From Eledone cirrhosa (lineage: Eukaryota), in assembly GCA_964016885.1 (NCBI GenBank), contig OZ024743.1, positions 85,250,001 to 85,314,000 of the forward strand: a stretch of DNA of 64,000 nucleotides, in the 5' to 3' direction. The position numbers were made by a program, and so were the translations under genes. The notes below the pieces were generated by a model. That model saw nothing but the letters and a program-made list of their open reading frames with translations. It was not told the origin of the DNA and searched no databases. This document shows positions 12,111 through 25,615 of the stretch, in pieces. Positions within the stretch are counted from its first letter, which is position 1. Every line of letters begins with the position of its first letter.

Positions 12111-12585
12111 ATATGTGTGTGTATATATATACATATATATATATATGTATGAATATGTATATGCATGTATGTGAGAGTAAGATTGTATGCATGCATGTAT
12201 GTATCTATGTGTGTATATTTGCATGTATGTAAAAATTGTAACTTGTTAAATTAGTCTTGATATGATGAACATATTTAAAAATAATTATGTGCTGAGGAAA
12301 AGACACCAAGTAGATCAATAATTAATATTGATTTATATTGTGTTTATTTTTAAATGTTTTAGCTAGGTTAACTTATCCATACATCAACAAACACGTGCAG
12401 TTCTTTCAGCATAAGGACTCTTGTATATAACCTTGAATGTATGGGTCAATCATTTTGCTAACCAGTACGTAGACATATCTTACAAGGTAGAAACTACCGT
12501 CCTGCTTGACCTGCTAGAAATAACAGTTAAATCTGTCTCAAATCACACCATAGTGTTTTAAAAAGGGAAGGACAGATTAGATATT

Positions 12586-12850
12586 GTACTATGTGTGTAT
12601 GTGTAACTATGTTTGTGTTGGTATGTATGAATGTATTTGTGTTTGTAGGTGTGTGTGTGTGTGTGTTTGTATGGGTGTACATGTCTGTATAGGTGTGTGT
12701 GTGTGTGTGTGTGTATATAGGTGTATATGTGCATGTAGGTGTGCGTGTATAAATGTGTGTGTGTATAAATGTGTGCTTGTGTTTGTATAGGTGTATAGGT
12801 GTGAGTTTGTATATGTGTATATATATATGTATGTTTGTACAGCTGTGTGA
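12586..12850. repeat. (TG)n-rich degenerate microsatellite
   Basis: Read directly. Confidence 0.9.
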
Positions 12851-13264
12851 ATAATAGTGACAAAGAATATACAGCTGTGAACTAGTTTCTTCTATTAATT
12901 TTTTGAGAAAGGGATTTTTTCCTGAAATATAAGGGCCTATATAGAACTGTAAAATAACACCCCAACATCATTTTATCAAATTTTTAACATTTACTGTCCA
13001 ATTCACATTGTAGTAGCTGTCAAACAAAACACTATTTTCTACATTGTAGTCGTGTGTGTGTCTGTTGATAAACAAAAAATGGTGGGATATTTCTACTGAT
13101 GAGATTAACAATCAAAACATTGCATCAGGTCTAGGGTAATTTCATATTTATTTTGACATTGATGTTTGTACCATACTACATTTAACGTTATAAAAGCAGG
13201 TGACTACACAATATATAGGACTATTCAACAGAATTCATAAGATAATCGGCTTGTCTCCTCACAG

Positions 13265-13383
13265 CCCCGGCAGACAGAATGGAGAAGGCGTTTCCCTAGT
13301 GGACAGCAAGGGAGACGCACTGGAAAAGCCACTCCAACTCGCGGGGCTCACACCTGCGGCTGGCCTGCTCAGTGCCTATGGTG
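13265..13383 (+). other. Candidate 119-bp internal exon (or LINE 5'-UTR relic)
   Basis: Acceptor cttgtctcctcacAG, donor GTG/GTGAGT, GC-rich open frame PGRQNGEGVSLVDSKGDALEKPLQLAGLTPAAGLLSAYG; no recognised homology. Confidence 0.25.
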
Positions 13384-14089
13384 GTGAGTAGGGAAGTAGC
13401 CCTAGGGCCGAGGACACCAGAAGTCTCCACTGCCAAGAGTACAACTGGTCCTATTCAGCACAGCATCTCTCCACTTGGCACGTGTGGTACTATTTCTCCC
13501 TCTACAGTATCTCTTCTGCCATTTGCTCCCCCTCATCTCTCATTACAGCCTCTTTTCACCCTGCTGAGGACACAATGATCTCCCTAATATTGGTGCCACA
13601 CAGTAAAGTAGTTGGTATTAAGAAGTGTATCCAACTATAGAAACCATGCCAAAACTAAAGCATAATTATGTGAGTAATTGTCCCAGCTGTGAAAAACCAG
13701 CCTAAAAGTGTCAGGAAGACTCTAGCTGTTGTCAAAGATAAGAAAACGCCCCTAGTGATGATGTCATGATAAAATGCACTTGGTAGAGCACAAGAAAATA
13801 TGTAAGCAGGATGTAGGCTCCCAGCCCATCTGAGACCATAGTAGCTCTGATTAAGTACTGACTTGGTCTGTGATGACCTGTACAAACTCATACCAGTATG
13901 GAAAACCAGAGATTAAACAATGATGAAGATAACAAAGATGCATCAGTCCACTCATCTGAAAATATGTATATCAGTAGCAGGTAGGGCTTAATCCCTCCAG
14001 TGGTCTGGCATCAGAAAAACAGAAAGCCTTTACCAACATGTAAAGAACTTACTTGCCCCTGTAACAAGAAAACATCCCTATTAGACATG

Positions 14090-14825
14090 AAGGACTATTC
14101 TAGTGCAAAACATTCAAATATATAGGTAGAACCATCTCATATAATGCCATACTGGGCCAAAAACTCACATGAGCAGAACTAACACTGCATTTGGTAGGCT
14201 ACAGGAGAGGTTGTGGAAAAATAGGCATGTTTCTATATGAGTCAAATGTAAGATATACCAGGCTATAGTGCTTTGTTCCCTACAATATGGAGCTGAAACC
14301 TGGACAATCTATAAAGCTCATGTAGATAAGTTATATACATATATGATGAGACAGCTGCAGCAAATAATGAATATTACTCTGCTTGACAAGATCAAGAATG
14401 AAGAGATCCTCCAGCATGCTGGTCTGCCCCCTATGATGGAAATCATCATTGATAGAAATTTATGATGGTTGGGATATATACACAGGATAGACAACAGCAG
14501 ACTTCCCAGACAACTTCTTTACTTTCAACTATGCCACAGTGAATGAAGACATTTGTAGCACAAGTTAGCTACACTACAAGCAAGTTTGTGGTAACAAATG
14601 GCTTTAAACAAGGGTGTGTACTTGCTGCTCCAGCACTGTTCTCTCTCTCTATCTCCTAGCAATGTTGGAAGTTGCCTTTGAAGGAGTTGGAGGGGATTCA
14701 CATCCAGACACGACATGATGCTGATCTATTCAATGTTATATAGTTTAAAGCAAAGACATGCACCACCAATATCATAGTGCAAGAGATGCTGTTCACTGAT
14801 GATAGTGTGTTGGTTGCTCCAAGAC
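14090..14825 (+). mobile_element. Old RTE/BovB-like LINE fragments, rearranged
   Basis: C-terminal part (LQYGAETWTIY...SRLPRQLLY) at about 14090-14535 precedes the RT core (GFKQGCVLAPALF...EMLFTDD) at about 14580-14825. Confidence 0.7.
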
Positions 14826-15628
14826 ACCAAAGAAGACATAGACTGAGATCCAAAACTACTGCAAGAAACGGAATATGAAGTGGAAAGGAACTGATCATAA
14901 CAAATGGCAAATTCAAATGAAAATCCATCCAGTATGAAGAAAACTTATGAAGGCATGCCAAAGCCATGAACAGTCATGATGATGATGGGGCTAAACAACA
15001 TTGGACTTTTAGCTCTCTTTCATCTATCTTGAGGTGGTAGTGGTGGTGATGAGCTAGTGGTGGTAGTAGTTATAACAGTGGAGTCAGTTGTATGATGGTT
15101 ATGTATGTATATGTGTCTATGTTTGTCAGTGTGTGTGTGTTTGTGTGTATGTGGTTATTTGTGTGTTTGTATGTGTAGGTCAAGAGCCTAAGCTGAAGTT
15201 AACCTATGGAAGCCATTACCAGGTCAATGACTCCATAAATACTGAGCCGGAGTTGGTATTGGAAGCTTTCTGGGTCAGAGAACACCAGTTGAATGTTAAG
15301 TATTACTCTACATACATTTCCATCTTTGTGTGTGTGTGTCTGTGTGTGTGTGTGTGTAACAAACTTTAAATAAAGATGATGATATATTTATGTATATATA
15401 CATGTATGTGTATGCAGTAGATTATCACATACTAAATATAGTGAGTGGAAAAACTTCAATAAACTGACAAGTTAAAGACAAAAACTGTATTAGAGGAGCT
15501 CAAATCAAAATACAGCTACCAGGGGAGATAACTTATACAATTTGAGTTAATCAAAATTTTTAGGGCAGCAATTTAGACAATCCATAAGGGATCGAACCTT
15601 GTCTTTATACTAGCTGATGAAAACGACA

Positions 15629-15659
15629 GACACATTTTGATCCTATTAGATCTCTTCAG
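15629..15659 (-). ncRNA. CpG-decayed hammerhead core
   Basis: CTGAAGA-GATC-taatag-GATC-AAAATGTGTC can be restored to GAAACGCGTC by CpG transitions alone; helix I not found. Confidence 0.4.
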
Positions 15660-15724
15660 GAAAGAATATTCACAATATGTAAAACCTATTCCTTCATAAT
15701 GGGAACATAAAGGGAACAATATGG

Positions 15725-15925
15725 CTATAGTGGACATTGGATAGGGGACACTATTGCTATAGTGGACATTAGGCAGGGGTGAGTTATATTATTGTAGACA
15801 TTAGATAGGGGACACTATTGTTTTAGTGGATATTGGATAGGGCAGAATATTGCTATAGTGGACATTGGATAGGGGACAATTCTGCTGTAGTGGACATTAG
15901 ATAAGAAAGAGACAATACTGCTACA
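15725..15925. repeat. Minisatellite, about 32-bp unit, about 6 units
   Basis: Variants of ctatagtggacattggataggggacactattg. Confidence 0.85.
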
Positions 15926-16479
15926 GCAATAACCAATTGATCAAACCATTTTTTTCTTTCTTTTATTCTTTTACTGGTTTCAATCATTAGACTGCAGCAA
16001 TGCTGGGGCACCACTTTAATTAAGTCGATCATACTGACCTCAGTACTCATTTTATCAACCTCTTTTTTATTTTATTTATCGTTATTTTTTGTAGGGTCAA
16101 ACTGTTAAGTCACAAGACATAAACATAGTCACAAACATAAACATGGGGACTCATACACACATATATACACCATGAGCTTCTGCAGTTTCCATCTACCAAA
16201 TTCCACTCACAAGGCATTGGTCAACCTGAGACTATAGTAGAAGACACTTGCCCATAGTGCTGTACAGCATTACTAAATAGAATCATACAGTTGTGAAGTA
16301 ACTCCTCAACCACTTAACCATACCTGTAGCTATATTTAATTGGCTTGTACTGACCACTTCTTTTCGTCGTATGACATGCACAATAGTTAGAGAAACAGGT
16401 CGAGACCGGTGAGCTAGACTAAGGTGTCACAATAGTTAGAGAGACAGACAGAGATTGGTGAGACAGACTAAGGTGTCAT

Positions 16480-16800
16480 TTGTAGCATTATAGATTACCT
16501 CAAGGCTACTGGGAAAACGTCTGATGGAGCAATCCCAAACAACTTACAGCACTGTCTGGTCAGGGTCCCCACAGTCAACTGCTGGGCTGTCTTTCATTTT
16601 CCATCAATGGAGATGATGGGCTGTCCTGGCATGTGTGGATCTGATTTAGAGACACCCATTGCCTTCTAGGAAGGTCAAAGCCAGCTAGTTTAGATGTGGG
16701 GTCCTGGATAAGATCTTGGTTGGCAAATTTTAACTCATTCCATGGTCTTTGCCACACTTCCTGTGGGAGATGGCAACCTTCCTGTAGTCCACCATTAGTT
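16480..16800 (-). mobile_element. Non-LTR retrotransposon C-terminal fragment
   Basis: IQDPTSKLAGFDLPRRQWVSLNQIHTCQ resembles the LINE C-terminal motif GF.LPR..W..LNR.RTG. Confidence 0.5.
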
Positions 16801-17692
16801 GGAATTCAAACTAATGCTGTTGCTTGATATCATCATGATAATCATTGTTTTACGTCTATTTTTCCATGCTCGCATGGGTTAGACAAGTTGACCTGTTGTG
16901 GGAAATGTTAGGTCAAGTGATCATGTCTTGTTCATACAGAACTAATTTTGGCTTGGTTTCTACAGCTGGATACCCTTCCTAACGCCAACCCCATATCCAG
17001 TGAGTACTGGGTGCTTTTACCGTGCCACTATCACAATCACTTTACAGTGTTTCAGCCTGTCCTCATGAGAGATGTATTGGAGGGTGGGGTGAGGTGGTGT
17101 ATACTGTGTATATATGCACAAATCCACAACTTGTACTGACCAATATATTTCAACAAGAAGCCAAACCCAAAAAACTGCCATACTGAGAATTTTTTCTAAT
17201 CTTTGTTTTTTTTTTGGTTTTTTCCTGAGCAGTTGTTCGAGTAATTACTGAAAAGATTAGATCTGTCTTCATAAATTACCATGTAAACTAAATAGTACCT
17301 CCTTCCCGAGAAGTGCTGGCTTTCTAAATAGTACCAGTTTCCCAAGTAGTACAGATAGAATGACTGTTTCTTACAGATTGTAGATATCAAACGCAAATCT
17401 ATCAACAACAACAACAAAAAATAAATAAATAAAGTAAATCCAGCAACAAGAACAACAACAACGCCTCAATTGTTTTATGTTGCTTAATTTTTTTTCCAAT
17501 CATAGATCATTGGTCTTTTGATTAAAGATTTTGGTAAGATATCTTGCCATATAGACTATCAGTTATTGCTTTATTGTACACAGTTATCTGGAATCTACAC
17601 TTATAAACTGTATCTATCTGTCTATTTATTTATCTATAGCTATCTATCTAGGCGTAGAGGGCTGTGAGCGCCTGAGCACATTCGATGTGCCA

Positions 17693-17693
17693 G

Positions 17694-17736
<43 letters not shown>

Positions 17737-18090
17737 GGAAAGAGAGAGCGAGAGAGGGGATAGATAGACACAGTGTGTATATGTTAACAGTGTGTAGACA
17801 TAGACTGTATAGATTGACACAGTGTGTAGATACAAACTGTATAGATAGACACAGTGTGTAGATATAGATTGTATATATAGACAGTGTATAGATATTGGCT
17901 GGATATATAGACACAGTGTGTAGATATAGACTGGATATATAGACACAGTGTGTAGATATTGGCTGGATATATAGACACAGTGTGTATATAGACTGGATAT
18001 ATAGACACAGTGTGTAGATGTTGGCTGGATATATAGACAGAGTGTGTAGATGTTGGCTGGATATATAGACACAGTGTATAGATGTTGACT
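17693..18090. repeat. (GATA)n grading into a 28-32-bp minisatellite
   Basis: Variants of atatagacacagtgtgtagatattggctggat. Confidence 0.9.
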
Positions 18091-18824
18091 TGATGGACAA
18101 ACAATACAATATTAATCCTATAATTTGTTTGTTAATCAAATATTGAGTAAACCATAACTCTCTAGATCAATTAGTTTTGTCCCCTACACACATCTTTGAC
18201 TGATACACACACTTCAAACATCCTCGATCTCTCTCCTTCCTCCAAACCCAACCTTTACCAAACCACCACTGTCTCAGCACATTCAGTCATCTAACCCCTA
18301 TCTCATCATAATCACATTGTAGTATAGTACTTCAAGTTGACTGAATTGTCAGAGTTCCCTCTCTGTTTCTGGCAAGACATGGGCTTCACCTATCAGAAAC
18401 AGCTAGATAGGTGACTGGAACCATCCTACATCCAACCAAAATCACAGCTTTAATTTCCTCAAGAGACAACCTAAACACCATAAACCAAACCTTTATTGAC
18501 TCCATGGAGTCAACCTAGACATCACACCAAACCTTCACTAACACTATTGACAGAGACCTAAAGAATATCTTCCAATGAAGTCATTATTCTTTGTTGAAAA
18601 CTTGCTAACTTGTTCAGTAAGTGGCAACAATCTTAACTATAATAAAGAAAGGAGTGCGGGATTGCGTCCAGAATATATTTTTTTACCCCGTTTGTAAAAT
18701 AAGCTGGATTACTTTGAATAAATAATTGTTTCTATTTTTATGCATATATATTTGTGTATAATATCAATATACACACTACACATGCTAGCAAAAAACCACT
18801 CGTAGGGTGTTTTTTCTGTTAGTA

Positions 18825-19400
18825 ATAATTGTTTCTACTTTAGGCACAAGGCCAGCAATTACCCAGTGCATTACTGGTACTTTATTTTATCGACCCCGTA
18901 AGGATGAAAGGCAAAGTCAACCTCGGCGGGATTGAGAACTCAGATCGTAAAGGGACGTAACTATGCTGGAAAGCATGGCGTCCGACCCTCTACCAATACT
19001 GCCAATCCACCGCCATTTTCTGTTAGTAATAATAATAATTGTTTTGGGATTTAGGCACAAGGCCAGCAATTTTGAGGGAAGGGAAAGTCGATTAAATTGA
19101 CCCCAGTGTGTGACTTGTACTTTATTTTATCAACCCTGTTAGGATGAAACGCAAAGCTAACCTCAGTGGAATTGGATCTCAGAATGTAAAGAGATGTAAC
19201 TCTATGCCACAAAGCATGTTGTCCAATGCTCTACCGATACTGCAATCCACCGCCCTAGTAATAATGTTATTTATAATATTATTATTATTATTTCTACTAT
19301 AGACACAAGCAAAATTGATTAAATCGACCTCAGTGCATTACTGGTACTTTATTTTATCGATCTCGTAAGGATGAAAGGCAAAGCTAATCTCTGCAGAATT
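18825..19400 (-). mobile_element. Three adjacent S1 SINEs, the first with a target-site duplication
   Basis: Copies at 18825-19014, 19035-19255 and about 19290-19400; TTTTCTGTTAGTAATAAT flanks the first on both sides. Confidence 0.85.
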
Positions 19401-19954
19401 GGTTTCTTTATTAGCCACACAAGGACAGTACAATATGATACAGTGTATTTCTATGGAAACATGTAAAAATGAGAAATTACAAAAACAAAAAAAGAGGTAA
19501 CAATAAAATTCGAACAAAGAAAATACCTTAAAAGAGGAGGGGGGTCAATGATTTCCAAGAGACTTGACAGAAAACCCCACAAAAAGCCATAGCCACTTTG
19601 ACCCCTAAGGCAAGTGTCTTCTTCCAGTTATTCTCTTCCAATCTACATATATATACTCACAGCAGGTCCATTCACTTGGACCATACTCCCCACACTCATC
19701 AACTTTTCCAAACATTTGCTGGAAAACAACACTTCCTCTTTCCTCTGATTTTCATTTTCGAGTGAAACATGAAAAGGTTGATGAGGGCTTGGTACAGTGT
19801 GGAAAGTTCTATTTTCTGCCCTCTCAATCTTAACCACTACACAACCTCTTTTACCAAGGTCACCAGACATAAAGATTGCCTGGCCTTCCAAGCCATAGGA
19901 AGGCAATGGGTCATTTTCACAGTGGATTAAGCTGATAGGAGCTGTTCAATAAAT

Positions 19955-20930
19955 ATCATTATCTTCGTTTTATCTCCATTTTAACATCCTTGAATGGATT
20001 TGATTGGCCTTTTCCAGTGCACATTCATCCACTTGTTGTGGTCCTTCATCGTCTCCTCTGTGAGCTTCAGCGATTTGAAATCAACTCTCACAGCCTCTGC
20101 CCAGGTCTTCTTTGGTCTCCTTCTACTGCAGCTTCTTTCCACTGGGATTTCTTGGCACTTCTTCACCCAATAGTTTTCATCCATATGTATCACATACCAG
20201 TGCAGTCTTCTCTCCTGCATACAAAATTTGATTCCTCTTCTATCCAGCTTTTCTCTCATACCCTTCCTCATCCATACTTTGTCATTCACGCATGTTAACA
20301 TCACAGATCCATCATAGCATCCTTGCTTCATTTCTATATAGCCTTTGCATATCCTCTGTATTCATTTCTCATGTCTCACTGCTATACAGCACTGCACTTT
20401 GCACATAGGCATCAAACAGCAGGCCTTTCTTTTGTTGTCAAGTAGTAGCTTCCTGAACTTTTTCCATCCTGTTCTTATACTAGCTACTATGCTATCAGTG
20501 GAACCTCCTCCACTGCTAATTACATCACCTAGGTAGAAGAAGCTATCAACTTCTATGGAACCTTCCTGGAATTGGAAAATGTTTATTTCCCGGGTGTTCT
20601 TATACCAATTCTCCCTGTACATCTGCTACATACAATATCTATTTTTTCTGTTAGTGTGAGTACTATAACACTACACATCTTGTGTACCCAAGATTTACAT
20701 TGTGTACCTTGTATACAATTTCTACCTACTCTTTTGCAACATATCAAGCAAAGCCACTTTCCTGGTGGATCAGGGTCGTGTATTCCTTCCTACTTACAAA
20801 AACTTTCATTTTTCCTACATTTACTCTAATCCCCTTTCCAAAGCCAGAATTTCTACTCTAGATCTTCCACAGATTTGGCTATAAGAATTAGGTCATTAGC
20901 ATACAGAGGTTCCCATGGACAACCTGTCTG
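19955..20930 (-). mobile_element. Decayed RTE LINE 3' half
   Basis: TGCPWEPLYANDL, FFYLGDVISSGGGS...RTGWKKFR, QERRLHWY...RRRPKKTW. Confidence 0.9.
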
Positions 20931-20960
20931 TGTGTATGTGTATATATAATATATATGCAT

Positions 20961-21114
20961 ATATAGATGAGATTCTACAGGACTAGAACTGTTTCATTCT
21001 TTAGAAATCATGATTTCTAAAGAATGAAACAGTTCTAGTCCTGTAGAATCTCATCTATATTAAAACTTTTATACTCTGCAATGTATTGAGTACCTTACTT
21101 ACTGTGGTTACCTC
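20961..21114 (+). mobile_element. HHR family A copy 1: perfect 100-bp palindrome plus 3' tail
   Basis: 20961-21010 is the exact reverse complement of 21011-21060 and the apex cuts the CTGA/TGA core. Tail ...TATTGAGTACCTTACTTACTGTGGTTACCTC(TA)n. Confidence 0.85.
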
Positions 21115-21423
21115 TATATATATATATATATATATATATATGCTCCAGTTTACTCAGCTGTACAAATGAGATGATAGGACTGGGGTCCCTATCAAAGTGG
21201 TCATGGAGGTGCCACGGCAAAGAAGCACCCAGCCCACACTGTAAAGTGGACGTGGAGGCGCCATGGCAAAAAAGCACCCAGATCTCACTGTAAATGACGT
21301 TGGTGTTAAGAAGGGCATCCAGCTGTAGAAATCAAGCCAGAATCAGTTCCCGTCCCACCCTTGCAAGCAGGCAAAAGCGGACGTAAAATGATGATGATAT
21401 ATACATACAAGTATTTATATATA

Positions 21424-21810
21424 TATTAATAAAAGGAATTCCAACTTTGTCTGATTTACTTGTTTTAGTTACAATCCTTTAAAATTTATAATGGTATTAG
21501 AATGAAATAGTATGGTAGAATATTAAATGTTAAGTGTTAATTGAACAAGTACTTTCTTGCTTTTGCAATCTTCAGGTTCATAATGTGTGGTGACAGTCAA
21601 GTTTGCAATTTTCAACAGTTGAAAATTGCAAACTTGACTGTCACCACAGAATATAAACCTAAAGATTGCGAAAGCATGAAAGTACTTGTTCAATTAACAC
21701 TTAACATTTAATATTCTACCATACTATTTCATTCTAATACCATTATAAATTTTATAGGATTGTAAATAAAACGAGTAAATCAGACAAAGTTGGAATTCCT
21801 TTTATTAATA
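21424..21810. mobile_element. Palindromic element of about 387 bp with a hammerhead in each arm
   Basis: Arms of about 190 bp centred on 21617, with scattered mismatches; flanked by TA-rich tracts. Confidence 0.9.
21542..21580 (-). ncRNA. Minimal type I hammerhead ribozyme
   Basis: TGAAC-CTGAAGA-TTGC-aaaa-GCAA-GAAAG-TA-CT-T-GTTCA; palindromic AGTACT. The mate at 21654-21692 (+) has CTAAAGA and a GAAA tetraloop. Confidence 0.85.
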
Positions 21811-22325
21811 TATATATATATATATACAAATATATATATATATATACATATACATATTTGTATATATATACAGATATATATATATATATATATATTATTT
21901 TACATCTGCTTTTCCCTGCTTGGAAGGGCAGGACTTAGATATATATATATATCATCATCATCATCATCGATTAACGTCTACTTCCACGCTAGCATGGGTT
22001 AAGACGGGAATTGTCCCACTTGAGGCAAGATTGGTTGTCTTGCTCGTATAGAACTGTCTGGAAGGCTTTCTACGGCTGTATGCCCTTCCTAACACCAACC
22101 ACATTTACAGTGTGGACTGGGAGGTTTTTACCGTGTTACCTACACGGCCACATTACATCGTGGACTGTGTGTTTTTTTGTTGTGACACTTACACGACCTC
22201 ATTTATTTAGGACGGGATGTTGTGGTACCAACATAACTTTACAGAGAAAGGGGTGGGGGTAGGGGTAGTGAATGGGGGTGTACTTTTGGTTAACAGATGC
22301 CTACTGACTAATATATATATATATG

Positions 22326-22369
<44 letters not shown>

Positions 22370-22738
22370 CTTATATATACACACACATATATATATGTTT
22401 GAATATGTATATATATATACATATTTATATATACACACACATATATATATGTCTGAATATGTATATATATACACATACTTATATATACACACACACACAT
22501 ATACATATGTCTGTATATGTGTATATATACACATATTTGTATAAGAGAAATAAAATTTAGATTCTAGGTTAAAGTTGTTATTGATTAAAATATTTTTAGT
22601 TTTCACCAGTGACATCTTTACAAGTCCTCAATAGTCACAGACAATCTATATCTTCTTGAGTATCACCCGGGTTGAATCATAGTAGAATGGACAACACACA
22701 TACATATACACAGATATATATATAAATATGTATATCAG

Positions 22739-22936
22739 GTTTAATATAGGATTGGCTTCTACAGGACTAGAACTGTTTCATTCAAAAGAAATCACCAGGA
22801 AAGCTTTCCTGATGATTTCTTTTGAATAAAACAATTCTAGACCTGTAGAAGCAATTTCTATATTAAACATGATGTTTACACTCTACTAATATATTGAGTA
22901 CTTTACTGTGGTTACCCCTGATGGAACCAAAGACTC
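22739..22936 (+). mobile_element. HHR family A copy 2: imperfect 130-bp palindrome plus tail
   Basis: Arms 22739-22803 and 22804-22868 centred on AAAG/CTTT; CTGATGA at 22809; tail contains TATTGAGTAC. Confidence 0.85.
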
Positions 22937-23041
22937 ATATATATATATATGTATAGATATATATGCATACACCCCTACACACAGATATATTTGTCTGCCC
23001 GTAGTTCATTTTTTCCAGATGCTACTTTATATACATTTAAC

Positions 23042-23101
<60 letters not shown>

Positions 23102-23107
23102 CATATA

Positions 23108-23695
23108 TGTGGGGGTGTTCTGAGGCCATAGTATCTAGAATAAGGACGGGTTGGAAGAAGTTTCGGGAGCTGCTTCCTCTGTTGACTAAGAAGGGTTTCT
23201 CCCTGCGTACGAAAGGACAGTTATATGATGCTTGTGTGAGATGCGCAATGCTGCATGGTAGTGAGACATGGGCAGCAACTGCAGAGGATATGCGACGGCT
23301 GGAGAGAAATGAAGCAAGCATGCTCCGTTGGATGTGCACTGTTAATGTGCGTGAACGACCCAGCATGGATGTGTTGAGAGAGAAACTGTGTTTAAGAAAG
23401 ATAAATTGTGGTGTGCAGGAGAGAAGACTGAGATGGTATGGACATGTGATGTGCATCGAGGATGTCCGATGGATGAAGAAGTGCCAGGAAATGCCAGTTG
23501 AAGGAAGACGTGGTAGAGGTAGACCACGAAAAACATGGGCAGAGGTGGTGAGAGCAGACCTCAGATCGCTGAATCTCACGGTGGAGATGACGAAGGGCCG
23601 TGACAAGTGGAGAGATGCTGTGCTGAATAAGACCCGTCCCACCCTTGCAAGCAGGGAAAAGCGGACATAAAATGATGATGATGATGATGATGATG
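23108..23695 (+). mobile_element. RTE LINE 3' end, same subfamily as 39600-42867
   Basis: GCSEAIVSRIRTGWKKFRELL...LHGSETW...GRGRPRKTW...LASREKRT*, then (GAT)n. Confidence 0.95.
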
Positions 23696-24055
23696 TGTGT
23701 ATGTATATGTATTTATGTATATGTCTGTATATGTATATATATATTTGTATAGATATATATCATCATCATCATCCTCATTTAACGTCCACTTTCCACGCTA
23801 GCATGGGTTAGACATGTATATATATATGCATATATTTGTGTGTATATATATATATATATATATATACTCATATATATATATAGAGAGAGAGATAGATAGA
23901 TATATGTATATATATGCATGTTGTATATGTATGCATATATGTGTGTATCTCAGTGTTTGTAATTTTTTATTGTGTGTGTGTATATATATATATGTGTGTG
24001 TGTAAACATACATAAATATATATAAGTATTTGAGTATATATGTTTGTATGGCTTA

Positions 24056-24056
24056 T

Positions 24057-24122
<66 letters not shown>

Positions 24123-24240
24123 ACAGTGGTGGTGGTGCTGGTAGTAGTAAGTGGTGGTGGTGGTAGTAGTAATAGTGGTGGTGGTGTTGCGCTGGTTATG
24201 GTAGTAGTAATAGTAGTGGTAGTGGTAGTAGTAGTGGTAT
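24056..24240. repeat. (GTA)n/(GTG)n microsatellite
   Basis: Read directly. Confidence 0.95.
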
Positions 24241-24489
24241 ATGTCTGTATATCAACTATACAATAATACGTAGAATAAACTGAACATCTTAACATACAGT
24301 AAACATGAGATGATTTGAAAAATAGACTGGCTCTATCATAACTTCCTCTCTATCTCTTTCTCTCATTCACTCTCTCTCTCTATCTCTTTCTCTCATTCCC
24401 CCCTCTCTCTCTATATATATGTATAAAAAAGAAAATTTTGCTCTACATGGCTGAATACAATAAATATAATCTGAGTTTTTTTAATATTA

Positions 24490-24680
24490 ATAATTGTTTC
24501 TACATTTGGCACAAGGCCAGCAATAACCCAGTACATTACTGGTACTTTATTTTATCGACCCCGTAATGATGAAAGGCAAAGTTAACCTCGGCGGGATTTG
24601 AACTCAGACCATAAAGGGACGTAACTATGCTAGAAAGCATGGCGTCCAACCCTCTACCGATACTGCCAATTCAACGCCCG
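24490..24680 (-). mobile_element. S1 SINE
   Basis: Same head, central domain and tail as 1333-1518. Confidence 0.85.
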
Positions 24681-24795
24681 AATATTAATAATAACATTCG
24701 ATTCGTTTGCAATTATGCAAACAAGCCTCAATTTTATAGCCATGTCAGCAGAATGAACACTTCATTCTTGCTCTTGTGTTGGCATGTCAACAGAA

Positions 24796-24839
24796 CTGCA
24801 GACACTAATGTTTCTGGGTATCACCCTTCATCAGTGCAG
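24796..24839 (-). ncRNA. Compact type I hammerhead ribozyme
   Basis: CTGCA-CTGATGA-A-GGGT-gat-ACCC-A-GAAACA-ttag-TGT-C-TGCAG: 5-bp helix I, 3-bp helix III, GUC site. Confidence 0.85.
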
Positions 24840-25615
24840 GTCACTGTTCACATGTCAAACTATCAGAGCTAGTGAAAATATATGCTATTTTCAAAAATAC
24901 AGTGACTGATCGGCCTGATTTGCATATTAGCAGACTGGCTGATCAATCAGATCTGCATATTAGCAGATCCACTGATCAGCCAGATTTGCATATCAGCAGA
25001 CTGGCCAGTCAGTTTCCTGTAAACGAGCGATAAATGGTCGGCTTTGCCAAATTCAAATAAAAAAGAAAATTATATATATATATAGTGTCAATGATGCTGA
25101 AACCAAGGAGACCACTAATCATGTGAGTACTCGATACATGGGGAGATGCAGAGATGCTTGGCACCACAACTGGGATTTTGCACACACACACACACTCACA
25201 CGTGTGTGTGTGTGTGTTTATACATGTGTCGTCAATATATATTGAGAGTGACATGGCCTAGTGGTTAGGATTCAATTCCTGGACCTGGGGGCACATAGTG
25301 TTCTTGAGCAAAACACTTCATTCAACATTGCTCCAGTACACTCAACTAAAAATGAGCATCAGCAATGAACTGACATTCTGTTCAGGGGGCAGCTTTGTAC
25401 TCTCAGTCGTTTAACACTGGTGACAAATGAAACTGAGGTGAACATTGACCTGATGGTTTGGAACAGATTCTAACTAACTTTTTTTATATAATATAAAATA
25501 TATATACATATATATAAGACACAGTCACCTGAGCCAACTTGCCTCAAATTGGACAACCCGTGCAATCCATGTAGCATGGAAAATGGATGTTAAATGATGA
25601 TGATGATATATATAT

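Noticed and set aside
13245-13290. HDV-like ribozyme
   Set aside because: P1-like and P2-like pairings exist, but there is no room for P3/L3/P1.1.
19400-19940. Host CDS (ORF 19643-19906)
   Set aside because: No recognisable domain or splice structure. Possibly a decayed L1/Tx1-type 3' end, but this cannot be supported from the sequence alone.
20961-21060. Palindromes as sequencing or assembly fold-back artefacts
   Set aside because: Most have mismatches between arms and the sequence continues normally. This perfect one still needs read support.
21424-21810. Palindromes as MITE/Foldback DNA transposons
   Set aside because: Apex position differs between copies of one family, several have one-sided 3' extensions, and they carry HHRs. 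This fits PLE-type inversions better, though it is not excluded for every case.
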